Source: Myxococcota bacterium (GTDB lineage: Bacteria; Myxococcota_A; UBA9160; SZUA-336). From it: a DNA stretch of 64,000 bases. The notes below the pieces were generated by a model that saw only the letters and a program-made list of their open reading frames with translations, ran no database searches and had not been told where the DNA came from. The DNA is taken from the NCBI GenBank assembly GCA_965247115.1, contig CBDFGR010000002.1, positions 1,920,001 through 1,984,000 on the forward strand, given 5' to 3'. Numbering within the stretch: the stretch's first letter is position 1; every line of letters begins with the position of its first letter. This document shows, in pieces, positions 8,621 to 19,521 of this stretch. The position numbers and the translations under genes are program-made.

Positions 8621-10468
8621 ATGGACGTGCAGCATAAGCTCGCCGCCATCCTGTCTGCCGACGTGGTCGGCTACAGCCGGCTCATGGCAGAGGACGAGGA
8701 CGCGACCGTCCGCACGCTGAGCGCGTATCGCGCTGAGATCGGGCTACTCGTGGAGCAGCACAGCGGCCGCGTCGTAGACTTCACGGGCGACAACCTGCTG
8801 GCGGAGTTCCCGACGGCCCTCGCCGCTGTCCGCGGAGCCGTCTCCATTCAGCGTGTGCTGTCGGCCAGGAACGCGGACCTGGATGAAGCGCACCGCATGG
8901 ACTTCCGCATCGGTCTGCACATGGGCGACGTACGTGTGGAGGGCGGGCGGATCTATGGCGATGGCGTGAACATCGCCGCTCGACTCGAGGGGCTGGCCGA
9001 GCCCGGCGGGATCTGCATCTCCGCGACGGTGCACGAGCAGGTGCGGAACAAGCTCGAGGTGGGCTACCAGGATCTCGGCGACCAGAGCATCAAGAACATC
9101 CCGGACCAGGTCCACGTGTTCCGCGTGAGCCTCGATTCGCGGCCAGCACGGTCGCCCGGCACGTTGCGCGGGTCCCGGCGCCGCGTGGCCGCGTTCGTGC
9201 TGGTGGTCGTGGTCGCCGCTGGCGCCGGGCTCATCTGGAGATTCCTCGCCGCACCAGCCACGACACCCACGGGGGATGTCCCCTCCCTCGTGGTCCTGCC
9301 TTTTGCAAACCTGAGTGACGATCCGGAGCAGGAGTACTTCTCGGACGGCCTGACCGAGGATCTGATCACCGACCTCTCCAAGATCTCCGGTCTCCTGGTG
9401 ATCGCGCGCAATTCCGCCTTCACGTATAAGGGAAGGGCGGTGCGTGTCGAGGACGTCGGGCGCGAGCTCGGCGTGGCGTACGTGCTCGAGGGCAGCGTCC
9501 GCCGTGCCGACGACCGAGTGCGCATCACGGCGCAGCTCGTAGAGACGGCGAAGGGCTACCACCTCTGGTCGGAGCGCTACGACCGCGACCTGCAGGACAT
9601 CTTCGCGCTGCAGGACGAGGTCGCGCGCGAGATCGTGGGGGCGCTCGAGGTCCAGCTCTCCGACAGCGAGACCGCGCAGGTCGAGCACTTGCCAACGACG
9701 AACCTCGAGGCCTATGAGGCTTTTCAGCGCGGAGTGGTCTACGCCAGGCGCCTGGATCCTGACACGAATCTGCGGGCTCAGGAGCTGGCACGCCGCGCCA
9801 TCGAGCTAGATCCAGAGTTCGGACCCGCCCACGCCTTGCTCGGCAGTCTGCTGATGGCCTCGTGGATTAACCAGACATCGGAAGATCCCGGCACGATGGA
9901 GCGTGCAGAGAGACTCGTCGGACGGGCGCTGGAGCTCTATGCCGCGGACCCGAGGTCGCTCGTTGCCGCGAGCTCGATCTACAGCATGCGAGGTCGCATG
10001 GATGATGCAACGGCCGCGGCGAAGCAGGCCGTGGCGCTGGCTCCCGGCAGCGCGCAGGCGCACGCGGCGCTCGGAAACGCGCTCCTGCGAGTGGGGAAAC
10101 CGGGGGAGGCCATGCGCGCGCTCACTACCGGGCTGCGGCTGGACCCCCTGGATCCGATGGCCGCGTTTCAAATGGCTGCGGCGCTGATCCTGGAGAACAA
10201 GCAGGAACGGGTGATTGCGGTCCTGCGACGCGCGATCACCCACACCCCCGACTTCGTCCCTCTCCACGGACTGCTCACAGTCTGCTACGTGGAGCTCGGC
10301 CGGATGGCAGAGGCGCGTACCGCGCAGGCCGAGATTCAGAGAATCACGCCGGACTTCAGTTATCACGAGCTCGAGAGCAGGAACCTCGCGGGCGGGGGCC
10401 CGGAGTACCGGAGTCGAGTCGCTGCCGCGCTCCGGAAGTTGGGGCTGCAATCACAGGAGGCGGAGTGA
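8621..10468 (+). CDS. Class III adenylate/guanylate cyclase with TM, TolB-like and TPR domains
   Basis: ILSADVVGYS, GDGVNIAARLE, SLVVLPFANLS..EYFSDGLTEDL, TPR-like helices. Confidence 0.9.
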   Translation: MDVQHKLAAILSADVVGYSRLMAEDEDATVRTLSAYRAEIGLLVEQHSGRVVDFTGDNLLAEFPTALAAVRGAVSIQRVLSARNADLDEAHRMDFRIGLHMGDVRVEGGRIYGDGVNIAARLEGLAEPGGICISATVHEQVRNKLEVGYQDLGDQSIKNIPDQVHVFRVSLDSRPARSPGTLRGSRRRVAAFVLVVVVAAGAGLIWRFLAAPATTPTGDVPSLVVLPFANLSDDPEQEYFSDGLTEDLITDLSKISGLLVIARNSAFTYKGRAVRVEDVGRELGVAYVLEGSVRRADDRVRITAQLVETAKGYHLWSERYDRDLQDIFALQDEVAREIVGALEVQLSDSETAQVEHLPTTNLEAYEAFQRGVVYARRLDPDTNLRAQELARRAIELDPEFGPAHALLGSLLMASWINQTSEDPGTMERAERLVGRALELYAADPRSLVAASSIYSMRGRMDDATAAAKQAVALAPGSAQAHAALGNALLRVGKPGEAMRALTTGLRLDPLDPMAAFQMAAALILENKQERVIAVLRRAITHTPDFVPLHGLLTVCYVELGRMAEARTAQAEIQRITPDFSYHELESRNLAGGGPEYRSRVAAALRKLGLQSQEAE

Positions 10469-11427
10469 GGGCGGTCCTGTGCGAGAAGCTGGGCGGACCC
10501 GAGAGCCTGGTGGTTCGAGATATCGATCCCCCTGGCAGCCCGGGTGAAGGGCAGGTCAAGGTCGCGCTACAGGCGCGAGGCGTGAGCTTCGTCGACGTGC
10601 TGATGGTCGCCGGCGAGTACCACGTGAAACCCGAGCTCCCCTTCGTACCCGGAGGTGAGGCGGCTGGGATAGTCACCGACGTCGGGGCCGGAGTCGAGGA
10701 ACTCCGGGAAGGCGATCGCGTCCTCACCTCCGGTGGCTGCGTCGAGGAGGTGCTGCTGGATGCAGGGCGCGTTACGCCCCTCCCGGACTCCGTCAGCATC
10801 GAGGCCGCCGCGGCGTTCCGCGCCAACTACACGACCGCCTACTACGGTCTGCAGCGCGGCCGCCTCGAGGCCGGCGAGGTGCTGCTCGTCCACGGAGCAG
10901 GCGGCGGCGTTGGTCTTGCCGCCGTGGACGTCGGGAAGCTGCTCGGCGCGACCGTGATCGGAACGGCGAGCACGGACGAGAAGCTCGCGGTCGTGAAGCA
11001 GCTGGGCGCGGATCACACCATCAACTACACCGACGGCTTCCGCGAGCAGGTCAAGGAGCTCACCGGGGGGCGGGGTGCGGACGTGATCTACGATCCCGTC
11101 GGCGGCGACGTGTTCGACGAGTCCATGCGCTGCATCGCCCCTTTTGGCCGCATCTTGATCATCGGCTTCGCCGGCGGCCGACCGGCCCTGGCCAAGACGA
11201 ATCACCTGCTCGTCAAGGACGCCACCGCGATCGGCTTCACGATCGGCGCGCTCTCCCACCACGACCCCGCCTGGGCCGAGCGTAACTTCCGCATCGTGAT
11301 GGCCTGGCTGGCAGCTGGCCGCCTACACCCCTACGTCTCCCACAAGCTCCCGCTGGAGAAAACCGCAGAAGCCCTCCAGCTCATCATTGACCGCAAGGTC
11401 ATAGGCAAAGCCCTCCTGATGTCCTGA
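10465..11427 (+). CDS. NADPH:quinone oxidoreductase family (MDR/zeta-crystallin)
   Basis: LPFVPGGEAAG, VHGAGGGVG, GADVIYDPVGG. Confidence 0.9.
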   Translation: MRAVLCEKLGGPESLVVRDIDPPGSPGEGQVKVALQARGVSFVDVLMVAGEYHVKPELPFVPGGEAAGIVTDVGAGVEELREGDRVLTSGGCVEEVLLDAGRVTPLPDSVSIEAAAAFRANYTTAYYGLQRGRLEAGEVLLVHGAGGGVGLAAVDVGKLLGATVIGTASTDEKLAVVKQLGADHTINYTDGFREQVKELTGGRGADVIYDPVGGDVFDESMRCIAPFGRILIIGFAGGRPALAKTNHLLVKDATAIGFTIGALSHHDPAWAERNFRIVMAWLAAGRLHPYVSHKLPLEKTAEALQLIIDRKVIGKALLMS

Positions 11428-11429
11428 GC

Positions 11430-11453
11430 GGGGACGAGCTTGGCACCGTCCCC
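11430..11453. repeat. Intergenic hairpin GGGGACG-N10-CGTCCCC (terminator or REP/TIR-like element)
   Basis: 7-bp perfect inverted repeat just after the stop at 11427. Confidence 0.5.
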
Positions 11454-11549
11454 AAGTTCTGGTTGGCTGAAACCATTCTCCAGCTCTGGCGTCCAACAAC
11501 TAGCGCAGGTTGGAGGCGTGCGATGAGAGTTGGTCTTGACAGTTTGGCC

Positions 11550-12144
11550 ATGCGATACGAGGGGAGCCGCGCTGTATCCACGGCCCTGCTCCTGGTCGGA
11601 CTGAGCCTGCTCGCCCTGGGTCGTCTCTGCCCCTACGCCTAGCGAGGCCTGCACGCCCGTCCGCGTCCAGTTCGCCCACGGCCTCGAGGGCAGCCCCGCG
11701 GGCGCCAAGGCTCGGCTGTTCGCCGAGCACTTCACGGCCTGCACGCCCGCCATGGAGACCAGCGACTTCCAGGCGTGCGTCGATCTCCACCGAGAGGCCC
11801 TCGCGTCCTTTCGTCCCGACGTGCTCGTCGGCTCCTCGTTCGGGGGCGCGGTCGTAGCGGAGCTCCTGGCGCGCGAGCTCTGGCGTGGCCCCACACTCCT
11901 GCTGGCGCAAGCCGCGCTGCGCCGCAGCCCGACGCAACGCCTCCCGCAGGCCGTCCGGGTCTGGCTCGTGCACGGCACTCGAGACGAAGTCATCGATCCG
12001 GACGACAGTCGCCGCCTGGCCGAGACCGGAGCGCCAGATTCGGTGCGCCTGATCGAGGTAGACGACGATCACTCGCTCCACGAGAGCATCCGCAACGGGA
12101 TGCTGCTCGGCTGGGTGCGACAGCTCGCACGGACCTCCTCCTAG
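11550..12144 (+). pseudogene. YqiA/YcfP-like alpha/beta hydrolase lacking an in-frame start; upstream out-of-frame signal-peptide-like ORF
   Basis: FAHGLEGSP and GSSFGG motifs are in a frame that opens after TGA 11602-11604 with no start codon before the HG motif; ORF 11550-11642 is hydrophobic and joins it if one G of 11618-11620 is removed. Confidence 0.55.
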
Positions 12145-12187
12145 CGGACCACTTCGGAGTAGAGTGGTCCACCGGGGAAGGGCCGAG

Positions 12188-15100
12188 ATGAACTGTCCGA
12201 GCTGCGCGATCGAGAACCGCGACGGGATACGCTTCTGCGTGTCCTGCGGCGCGGCGCTCGCATGGACCTGCGCAGGTTGCGGCGCCGTCGCTGACCCTGA
12301 GGATCAGTTCTGCGGTGCCTGTGGGCGGCCGCGCCAGGCTGAGCCCACAGCCGACGTGGCTCCGGAGCGCGATCCCCGCTCGTACACTCCAAAGCACCTG
12401 GCGGAGAAGATCCTGGGCACTCGCTCCGCCCTCGAGGGCGAGCGAAAACAGGTGACAGTGCTCTTTGCGGACGTCAAGGGCTCGATGGAGCTGGCAGCCC
12501 AGGTCGACCCCGAGGAGTGGCACGCGATCCTGGACCACTTCTTTCAGATCCTCGCAGATGGCGTGCACCGCTTCGAGGGAACGGTCAACCAGTACACCGG
12601 CGATGGGATCATGGCGCTGTTCGGTGCGCCCATTGCCCACGAAGACCACGCGCAGCGCGCCTGTTACGCGGCGCTCTGGCTGCGCGACGAGCTGCGTCCG
12701 TACGCCGACGAGCTGCGTCGCACGCGGGGCCTCAACTTCTCCGTACGCATGGGCCTCAATTCCGGCGAGGTGATCGTCGGAAAGATCGGCGACGACCTGC
12801 GGATGGACTACACCGCGCAGGGTCACACGGTAGGTCTGGCGCAGCGCATCGAGCAGCTCGCCTCTGCCGAGAGCTGCTACCTGACCGAGGCGACCGCCCG
12901 CCTGGTGCGGAGCTTCTTCGATCTGCACGCCCTCGGTGGGTTCGAGATCAAAGGCAACGTCGAGCCGGTGCCGGTGTTCGAGCTCGCAGGTGTGGGGGGC
13001 TCCCGGACGCGGCTCGAGGACTCGGAGGCCCGCGGCTTTTCGCGCTTCGTGGGGCGCGAGGTCGAGATGGAGAGCTTGGACGAGGTGCTGGCCGAGGCGC
13101 TCGAAGGCCGGGGCCGTGTGCTCGGAGTGGTCGGAGCCGCGGGCCTCGGCAAGAGCAGGCTTTGCGTCGAATTCCTGATGCAATGCCGGGAGGTCGATCG
13201 CGACGTACACAGGACGTACTGCCCGTCGCACGCGAGCGCACTTCCCTTTGTCGCCGTCCGAGAGCTGCTGCGCGGGATCTTCTCGATCAGCGAGGCCGAC
13301 TCGGAGGAGGATGCACGCAAGAAGATCGCGGGCACGCTCGTGCTTCTGGGCGATGCGTCGCCCGAGTCCCTGCCGTACGCGTTCGACTTTCTCGGAGTGG
13401 GCGACCCGGCAAACCCCCCGCCAGCGCTCGATCCCGCCGAGCGCCGCAGGAGCCTCTTCGCGTTTCTGACGCACATCGTACGGGCAAAGAGCGAACGCTC
13501 GGGCATGGTCCTCTTCTGGGACGACGTCCACTGGATCGATCCCGGCAGCAACGACGCTCTCGCCCACCTGGTCGACGCGGTCCAGGACACCCGCACGCTA
13601 CTGCTGCTCAACTACCGCCCGGAGTACGCGCCGCGCTGGATGGGCGAGTCGCACGTGGCCCGAGTCGAGCTCGATCCTCTGGGACGGGAGGCCCTGACCG
13701 CTCTGCTCGACGATCTGCTCGGCAACGACGCGTCGCTGGGAGACCTGCGCGAGCAGATCATGGAGAGGACACAGGGGAATCCCTTCTTCACGGAAGAGGT
13801 AGTGCAGACTCTTGTAGAGTCCGACGCGCTGGTCGGGGCGCGCGGGGCCTATCGACCGGGAGGTCCGGTCGAGACGCTCGAGATCCCTGCAACCGTGCAG
13901 CCGATCATTGCGGCTCGCATCGACCGCCTGGGAGACACAGAGAAGCGTGTGCTGCAGATTGCAGCGGTCATCGGCAAGCAGTTCCCCGAGCCCCTTCTCA
14001 ACCGCATCTCAGCGCTCCCGGAGTCCGACTTTGCCGCGGCACTCATCGCACTTCAGGACGGGGAGTTCCTGCGCGTAGAGAAGCTCTTCCCCGAGGTGGA
14101 GTACGCCTTCAAGCATCCGCTGACTCAGGAGGTGGCCTACGACACGCAGCTCCAGTCGACCCGGTCGCGCACGCACGCGGCGGTCGCGCGGGCCCTCACG
14201 AAGCTGGATCGGGAGAAGCTGGGCGAGCGCGCGTCGCTCATCGCCTTCCACTTCGAGCGGGCGAACAAGCCGGTTGACGCGGCGCACTGGCACCTGCGCT
14301 CGGTCGAGTGGCTCTCCGGCCACGACCTCGACTCGACAGTCCGTGCGTTCGAGCGGGCCAGGGAGCAGGCGACGCGCGGCGCGGACCGCAGGGCGTCGAG
14401 CCTCCAACTGGCGGCCTGCATCGGACTCATCGGTCCGCTCACGGCCCAGGATCGCCCGGAGCCCGAGCTGCGCGGCATCTTCGAGGAGGGCTGCACTCTC
14501 GCACAGGAGCTCGACGACCGCGCTGCGCTTCTGGCTCTCTACGTGCTGCAGGGAATTCACGCCCAGAGGAGCGGGGACCTGGAGGAGCACGAGAGGTTGC
14601 TGGCGGAGGCGCGGCGCATCGCGCCGGAGGACGACGCGACTTCGCGCTTCGTGCTGGCACTGCAGTCGGGCCTGAGTCGGTCCAAGCGTGGCGAGGTGCG
14701 CGCGGCGCTGAAGGATTTCGACTCGGTCGCCGACCTGGATCTTCCAACCATCGAGGGCGGCGGAGGGAGTGCGGCCGTAGGAGCCTTGACGCTTCGCGCG
14801 GCCTACGCGGAGTACTTCGTGATCCGCGGCGGCACGCTCATCCAGCTGGGGCGCTACGACGAGGCGGAGCGCGCGCTGGATCGGGGGGCTGAGCTGGGGA
14901 AGCAGCATCGCCTTGCTGCCGCCGAGATCGATGCGCTGTCGACGCGCGCGAACCTGGCGAAGGCTCGGGGGGACGTCCAGGCCGCACTGCAGATCGGCTC
15001 AGAGCTGGTTGAGCGGACCGGTCGCCTCGGAAGCCCGCTGTGGGCGGGAGTCGCCCAGGCGAGGATGGGATCCGCTCACTTGCTGGCCGGGGATCCGCGC

Positions 15101-15571
15101 GCTGCGGTCGAGGCGCTAGAGCGTGGCCTCGCGATCTGCAGGGACGAGGGGTTGTTGATGGATGCAGAGGTGGCGACCCTCTACGACCTCGTCCGTGCCC
15201 GGCTGAGCCTCGGTGATGTCGCCGCCGCCAGGGAGGCGGTGCAGGAGGCTCTGGGCTGGGCTGAGCGCACCCACGACCTCGGCCACAGGATCCGGGCCAG
15301 GCTCGCCGAGGCCATGGTCGCCTTGCGCGACGAGGCTGGTCGGGGCGAGGCGGAGGCGGCGCTCGCCGAGGTAGAAGATCTGATCGGCCAAACGGGCAGC
15401 TACCTCTGGGCTCCCACCGCTCTCGAGATCCGAGCCGAGCTCGCGAGCGCGACAGGCAAGGCTGCAGCGCGCGACGCTGCGCTGAAGGAGGCGCAGCGCC
15501 TCTACGCCGAGCGCGGCGCGACGGGGCACGCTGAGCGCATTGCTAGACAGCTGGCCGCTGGAGCGGAGTGA
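12188..15571 (+). CDS. Double zinc ribbon + class III cyclase + STAND-type AAA ATPase + TPR protein
   Basis: CPSC..FCVSCG..CAGC..FCGACG; VTVLFADVKGS; Walker A GAAGLGKS; FWDDVHW; GNPFF; C-terminal TPR-like helices. Confidence 0.9.
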   Translation: MNCPSCAIENRDGIRFCVSCGAALAWTCAGCGAVADPEDQFCGACGRPRQAEPTADVAPERDPRSYTPKHLAEKILGTRSALEGERKQVTVLFADVKGSMELAAQVDPEEWHAILDHFFQILADGVHRFEGTVNQYTGDGIMALFGAPIAHEDHAQRACYAALWLRDELRPYADELRRTRGLNFSVRMGLNSGEVIVGKIGDDLRMDYTAQGHTVGLAQRIEQLASAESCYLTEATARLVRSFFDLHALGGFEIKGNVEPVPVFELAGVGGSRTRLEDSEARGFSRFVGREVEMESLDEVLAEALEGRGRVLGVVGAAGLGKSRLCVEFLMQCREVDRDVHRTYCPSHASALPFVAVRELLRGIFSISEADSEEDARKKIAGTLVLLGDASPESLPYAFDFLGVGDPANPPPALDPAERRRSLFAFLTHIVRAKSERSGMVLFWDDVHWIDPGSNDALAHLVDAVQDTRTLLLLNYRPEYAPRWMGESHVARVELDPLGREALTALLDDLLGNDASLGDLREQIMERTQGNPFFTEEVVQTLVESDALVGARGAYRPGGPVETLEIPATVQPIIAARIDRLGDTEKRVLQIAAVIGKQFPEPLLNRISALPESDFAAALIALQDGEFLRVEKLFPEVEYAFKHPLTQEVAYDTQLQSTRSRTHAAVARALTKLDREKLGERASLIAFHFERANKPVDAAHWHLRSVEWLSGHDLDSTVRAFERAREQATRGADRRASSLQLAACIGLIGPLTAQDRPEPELRGIFEEGCTLAQELDDRAALLALYVLQGIHAQRSGDLEEHERLLAEARRIAPEDDATSRFVLALQSGLSRSKRGEVRAALKDFDSVADLDLPTIEGGGGSAAVGALTLRAAYAEYFVIRGGTLIQLGRYDEAERALDRGAELGKQHRLAAAEIDALSTRANLAKARGDVQAALQIGSELVERTGRLGSPLWAGVAQARMGSAHLLAGDPRAAVEALERGLAICRDEGLLMDAEVATLYDLVRARLSLGDVAAAREAVQEALGWAERTHDLGHRIRARLAEAMVALRDEAGRGEAEAALAEVEDLIGQTGSYLWAPTALEIRAELASATGKAAARDAALKEAQRLYAERGATGHAERIARQLAAGAE

Positions 15572-15619
15572 GCGAGGAGGCTAGCGGTAGATACGGACAC
15601 GCTCCCGCGGCACCCAGAC

Positions 15620-17851
15620 TCAGTTCGTGCTGGCCGAGGGATCGACCACCGCACCGGCGAAGTCGACGTAGATCGGTGACGACCAGGCCCGCTCCTCGTT
15701 CTCCGCCAGGCAATCCTCCTCGTAGGGAACGTGGACACAGGGCTCGATCTCGATGCAGCGTCCCACGTCGTCGTACTCACAGCGCAGGTTCGCCGCGTTC
15801 ACTGCAGGGCTCGGCTCCTCGATGGCCCGTACGTAGTAAACGGCGTCACGCTTGGTCTCGGTGAAGTCGGGATCGGAGAACTCGATCATGCAGCCAGCGG
15901 GATCGGGTTCGCAGCTGTAGATGCGCCAGGGGTCCTCGATCAGCTCGCGGACGGGCTCGCCCGGCGTGGCCTGGGGTCGGATGCGCACCACCTCGATGCG
16001 GTTGATCAACCTCCGGCTGTCGCCGGGGTTGTAGCACTCCCCGCGACAGAGATGCTCGAGTCGCTCGGGGCGCAGCGCAGCGACGGAGTATTCTGGACAG
16101 CCCGGCTGCTGCTCGAGGGATCCGACGGCCCGCGCGCGAAAGCGGGGAGTGTCGCTCGTCGTGATCTCACTTCCCATCGGAAGGGACTCGTCGCCCACGG
16201 CGTTCAAGAGGTCAAACCAGAGCAGGATGCGTGGGCCGCTGCTGCCATAGACCTCGTTTCGACGCAGGGCGTCCCACACTGCCTCACGACTGCGGCCCTC
16301 TGAGTGTGCTGCGACGAGCCCGCCCGTGAGAAAGAAGGAGCTTCCGCGCTCAAGCTCGACGCGCTGGAAGAAGCCCGTCTTCCTGTCGTCAGCATCTCTC
16401 TTCCGCTGAGACTTCGCGTCGCGCGCGTCGGGGTCCTGCCCCGAGCGCGCAACGCTGCTCGCCTCGGTCATCTCGCGGCGGTTGAACTCCTTGAAGCCGG
16501 TGCCGGGTCGGGCGGTGTGGCTGTCGCTCGAGCTCATCAGGCCAAAGCGGAAGCGCAGCGGGCGTTCCGGGTTCTCGAAGCTCGTTCTCGCCAGCATGTA
16601 CTGGACGGAGCTGCGCGGGCGAAAGTTGAAGGCCGGGAGGAAGCAGTCCTTGCATTGGCCCGCGTCGAGCCACTCCTCGATCGGCGCGCCGGGGACGGTC
16701 TTCCAGCCCTGGATGCCGGCGTCGACATAGTTCTGGCGCGCCTCGACCGCGCGCGCTTCGCAGTTCGGATCCCCCGCGGCCTCGCAGCGCGACCGGATGA
16801 TCTCACCCGCTCGCCAGCACGACGGGAGGTAGCTCTCGGATGGCTCGGGGCAAGACCGGCGCCCACTCTCGTCGAACTCGACGGCGCGCCAGTCCCTGTA
16901 CTCCTCGGAGTTTCCATGGCCCGAGAACACCTCGATCATGCTCTGGCGCTCCGCGTCGTGCATGGAAGAGCTGAGTTGCTTGTCCCAGCTCGACCCTGGC
17001 GGCGTGTAGTAGCCCCAGGCTGTGCCGTGAGGGATGACAAGGGCCTCTGAGCCCCAGTCGTCGAGCTTCGCGAAGAGGTCGGCCGGCGTCTCGGCCACCT
17101 CCTGACAGGTTCTCGGCAGCTCGCGGACGGGCACTCCGTCGGGGCAGCGCTCGCGATTGGCGAGCTCGCTGAAGTACGTTGCCGCATCGAGGTAGGCGCG
17201 ATCACGCGCCATGAGCGCGGGGATGATCAGCAGGGGAACGTTCTCGGCGAGGGGAACCCCCGTGGCGATGCCTCCGGCGGCGATAGGACGTGTCGGCACT
17301 TGATCCTGGCCGAGGTCGCGCAGCACCACGTTCTTGTGTCCATAGTGATCCTCCGGCGTGAAACCCATCTGTGTCCACTCCCAGCCCAGGAAGGCGACGA
17401 CATCGGGGTCCGCCGGGTCCCCGGCGACCGCGTTGCACTGGCGAATGGCATCGATCGTCTCCTGCCAGTGCTCCGCAGTCAGCCCGGCCGCGTGATCATT
17501 AATGGACCAGAAGTCGAGGGCCGAGCAGTAGCGCGCGAAGTCGCAGGCGTCGGCGGGCGGATGGGCTCCCTCACCTTGCACCAGCGGAAGACTCTGCTGA
17601 AACGCGTCTGGTGAGAACGTGGTGTGTACATGGAGGTCGCCGAACAGGATCTGTTTGGGCTCTGCAACACCCACGAAGGCCGCCGAGGCGCGCTGAAACG
17701 AGCTTCGCGCTTCGAGCAGCTCCCTGGGGATGGGCACCTCGGTGAGCTCTCCCGGGCCTTGATGCGTGCCCAGCCTGCCGCTCTGCACGAGCCAGAGCGC
17801 CATCCCGGCCAGGCTGAGCAGCAGTAGGAGCAGGACGACGAGTGCGCGCAT
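15620..17851 (-). CDS. DUF3604 family (PHP-like metal-dependent) exported protein
   Basis: N-terminal hydrophobic segment; FGDLHVHT, INDH, GWEWT, IPHG, SSDSH, EERAWSSPI. Confidence 0.85.
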   Translation of the reverse strand: MRALVVLLLLLLSLAGMALWLVQSGRLGTHQGPGELTEVPIPRELLEARSSFQRASAAFVGVAEPKQILFGDLHVHTTFSPDAFQQSLPLVQGEGAHPPADACDFARYCSALDFWSINDHAAGLTAEHWQETIDAIRQCNAVAGDPADPDVVAFLGWEWTQMGFTPEDHYGHKNVVLRDLGQDQVPTRPIAAGGIATGVPLAENVPLLIIPALMARDRAYLDAATYFSELANRERCPDGVPVRELPRTCQEVAETPADLFAKLDDWGSEALVIPHGTAWGYYTPPGSSWDKQLSSSMHDAERQSMIEVFSGHGNSEEYRDWRAVEFDESGRRSCPEPSESYLPSCWRAGEIIRSRCEAAGDPNCEARAVEARQNYVDAGIQGWKTVPGAPIEEWLDAGQCKDCFLPAFNFRPRSSVQYMLARTSFENPERPLRFRFGLMSSSDSHTARPGTGFKEFNRREMTEASSVARSGQDPDARDAKSQRKRDADDRKTGFFQRVELERGSSFFLTGGLVAAHSEGRSREAVWDALRRNEVYGSSGPRILLWFDLLNAVGDESLPMGSEITTSDTPRFRARAVGSLEQQPGCPEYSVAALRPERLEHLCRGECYNPGDSRRLINRIEVVRIRPQATPGEPVRELIEDPWRIYSCEPDPAGCMIEFSDPDFTETKRDAVYYVRAIEEPSPAVNAANLRCEYDDVGRCIEIEPCVHVPYEEDCLAENEERAWSSPIYVDFAGAVVDPSASTN

Positions 17852-17967
17852 CAGCTCCGGTCCGTGCAGAGGTGCCCTACCGTGGCCATGGCGTCGGCCA
17901 GTCTACCAGAAGCACCCGTACGGGCCGCCGCTTCTGGTAGCATCGCGGGGTTGTTGGAGGGACCTCG

Positions 17968-19515
17968 GTGAAGACACTGGCCGACGTGATCCGCACCCGA
18001 GCGGGCGAACACCCGGAGCTGCTGGCCATCTGGCATGAGGGTCGAGAGACCAGCTATGCCGAGCTCGATCGCCGTTCCAATCAGGCCGCCAACGCCCTGA
18101 TCGCGGCAGGGGTGCGACCGGGGGATCGCGTTTGCTTTCTCGACAAGGGCCATGATCAGGCGCTGGAGGCCATCCTCGGGCTTGCGAAAGTGGGCGCCGT
18201 ATTCACGCCGGTGAACTACCGACTCGCTCCACCAGAGATGGCCTATGTGATCAACGACGCCGCAGCAACCTTGCTCCTGGTGGGGCAGGAATGCGCGGAG
18301 CAGATCTATCCGATCGAGTCGGAGCTCGGTCAGCTGCGTTCGATCGTGCGCTGGGGAGAGGGCCCGGAGTCCTGGCAGCCGTACCAGAGCTGGCGCGACG
18401 CCCAAGGAGATACGGACCCGCGGCTGGACAAGGCAGAAGAGGACACCGTCTGGCAGCTCTACACGAGTGGCACCACCGGGCGACCGAAGGGCGCGGAGCT
18501 CACGAACGCGAACCTGTTACACATCTGCGCCGCCAGCCAGAAGGGGTTTGGCGACATCCGGAGGGGCGACGTAGCCTTCGTCTGCATGCCGCTTTACCAC
18601 ATCGGTGGTTCGGGGTATGCGCTCAGCCTGCTCTACAGCGGCGCCTCCATGGTGATCACACGCGACTTCGTTCCGGCGCAGGTTCTGAAGCTGCTGGCAG
18701 AGCGTCGCGTGAAGCACGCGCTATTCGTCCCCGCCATGCTGAGTTTCCTGCTGCAGGCGCCCAGCTGCGCGGGTACTGACTTCTCTCACCTTCAATCCAT
18801 CCTGTATGGCGCTTCGCCCATTCCTCAAGACCTGCTCAGCCGCGCGATCGAGGTCTTTGGCTGTTCGTTCATTCAGGCCTACGGGCTGACCGAGACGACT
18901 GGAGCGGTCACGCTGCTGGCTGCGGAGGACCACGTGCGCGGTGGCGAGAGGCTGCGTTCTTGCGGCCAGCCCATGGAGAATATCGACATCCGGGTCGTGA
19001 ACGCGGAAGGAGCTGGATGTCCGGCGGGCGAGGTCGGCGAAGTCATCATTCGCGGTCCCGCGGTGATGAAGGGCTATTGGAACCGTCCGGAGGCCACGTC
19101 CGAGTCGATCCGCGATGGCTGGTTTCACAGCGGAGATGCGGGCTACTTCGACGAGGATGGCTATCTGTTCATCCACGACCGCGTCAAGGACATGATCGTA
19201 TCAGGCGGCGAGAACATCTATCCTGCGGAGATCGAGAGCCTGCTCTACTCCCATCCGGCCGTTGCCGACGTAGCGGTGATCGGCGTTCCCGACCAGCGCT
19301 GGGGCGAGACTGTGAAGGCGGTCGTGGTGCTGGAGTCCGGCGCCAGCGCCTCTGACGTCGAGATCATGAGCTTCTGCGAGGGGAAGATCGCGGGCTACAA
19401 GCGACCCCGTTCCGTGGACTTTACCAACGAGCTTCCGCGCAACCCGACTGGAAAGATCCTGAAGCGGGAGCTGCGCGAAAAGTACTGGGAAGGACACACC
19501 CGACGCGTGAACTGA
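17968..19515 (+). CDS. Long-chain fatty-acid--CoA ligase
   Basis: YTSGTTGRPKG, YGLTE, GWFHSGD, DRVKDMIVSGGENIYP, PRNPTGKILK. Confidence 0.92.
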   Translation: MKTLADVIRTRAGEHPELLAIWHEGRETSYAELDRRSNQAANALIAAGVRPGDRVCFLDKGHDQALEAILGLAKVGAVFTPVNYRLAPPEMAYVINDAAATLLLVGQECAEQIYPIESELGQLRSIVRWGEGPESWQPYQSWRDAQGDTDPRLDKAEEDTVWQLYTSGTTGRPKGAELTNANLLHICAASQKGFGDIRRGDVAFVCMPLYHIGGSGYALSLLYSGASMVITRDFVPAQVLKLLAERRVKHALFVPAMLSFLLQAPSCAGTDFSHLQSILYGASPIPQDLLSRAIEVFGCSFIQAYGLTETTGAVTLLAAEDHVRGGERLRSCGQPMENIDIRVVNAEGAGCPAGEVGEVIIRGPAVMKGYWNRPEATSESIRDGWFHSGDAGYFDEDGYLFIHDRVKDMIVSGGENIYPAEIESLLYSHPAVADVAVIGVPDQRWGETVKAVVVLESGASASDVEIMSFCEGKIAGYKRPRSVDFTNELPRNPTGKILKRELREKYWEGHTRRVN

Positions 19516-19521
19516 GATCTG

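Noticed and set aside
12188..15571. Avs/NLR-like or Pycsar anti-phage system
   Set aside because: This cyclase-STAND-TPR architecture is a widespread signalling family; there is no effector partner or defence-island context
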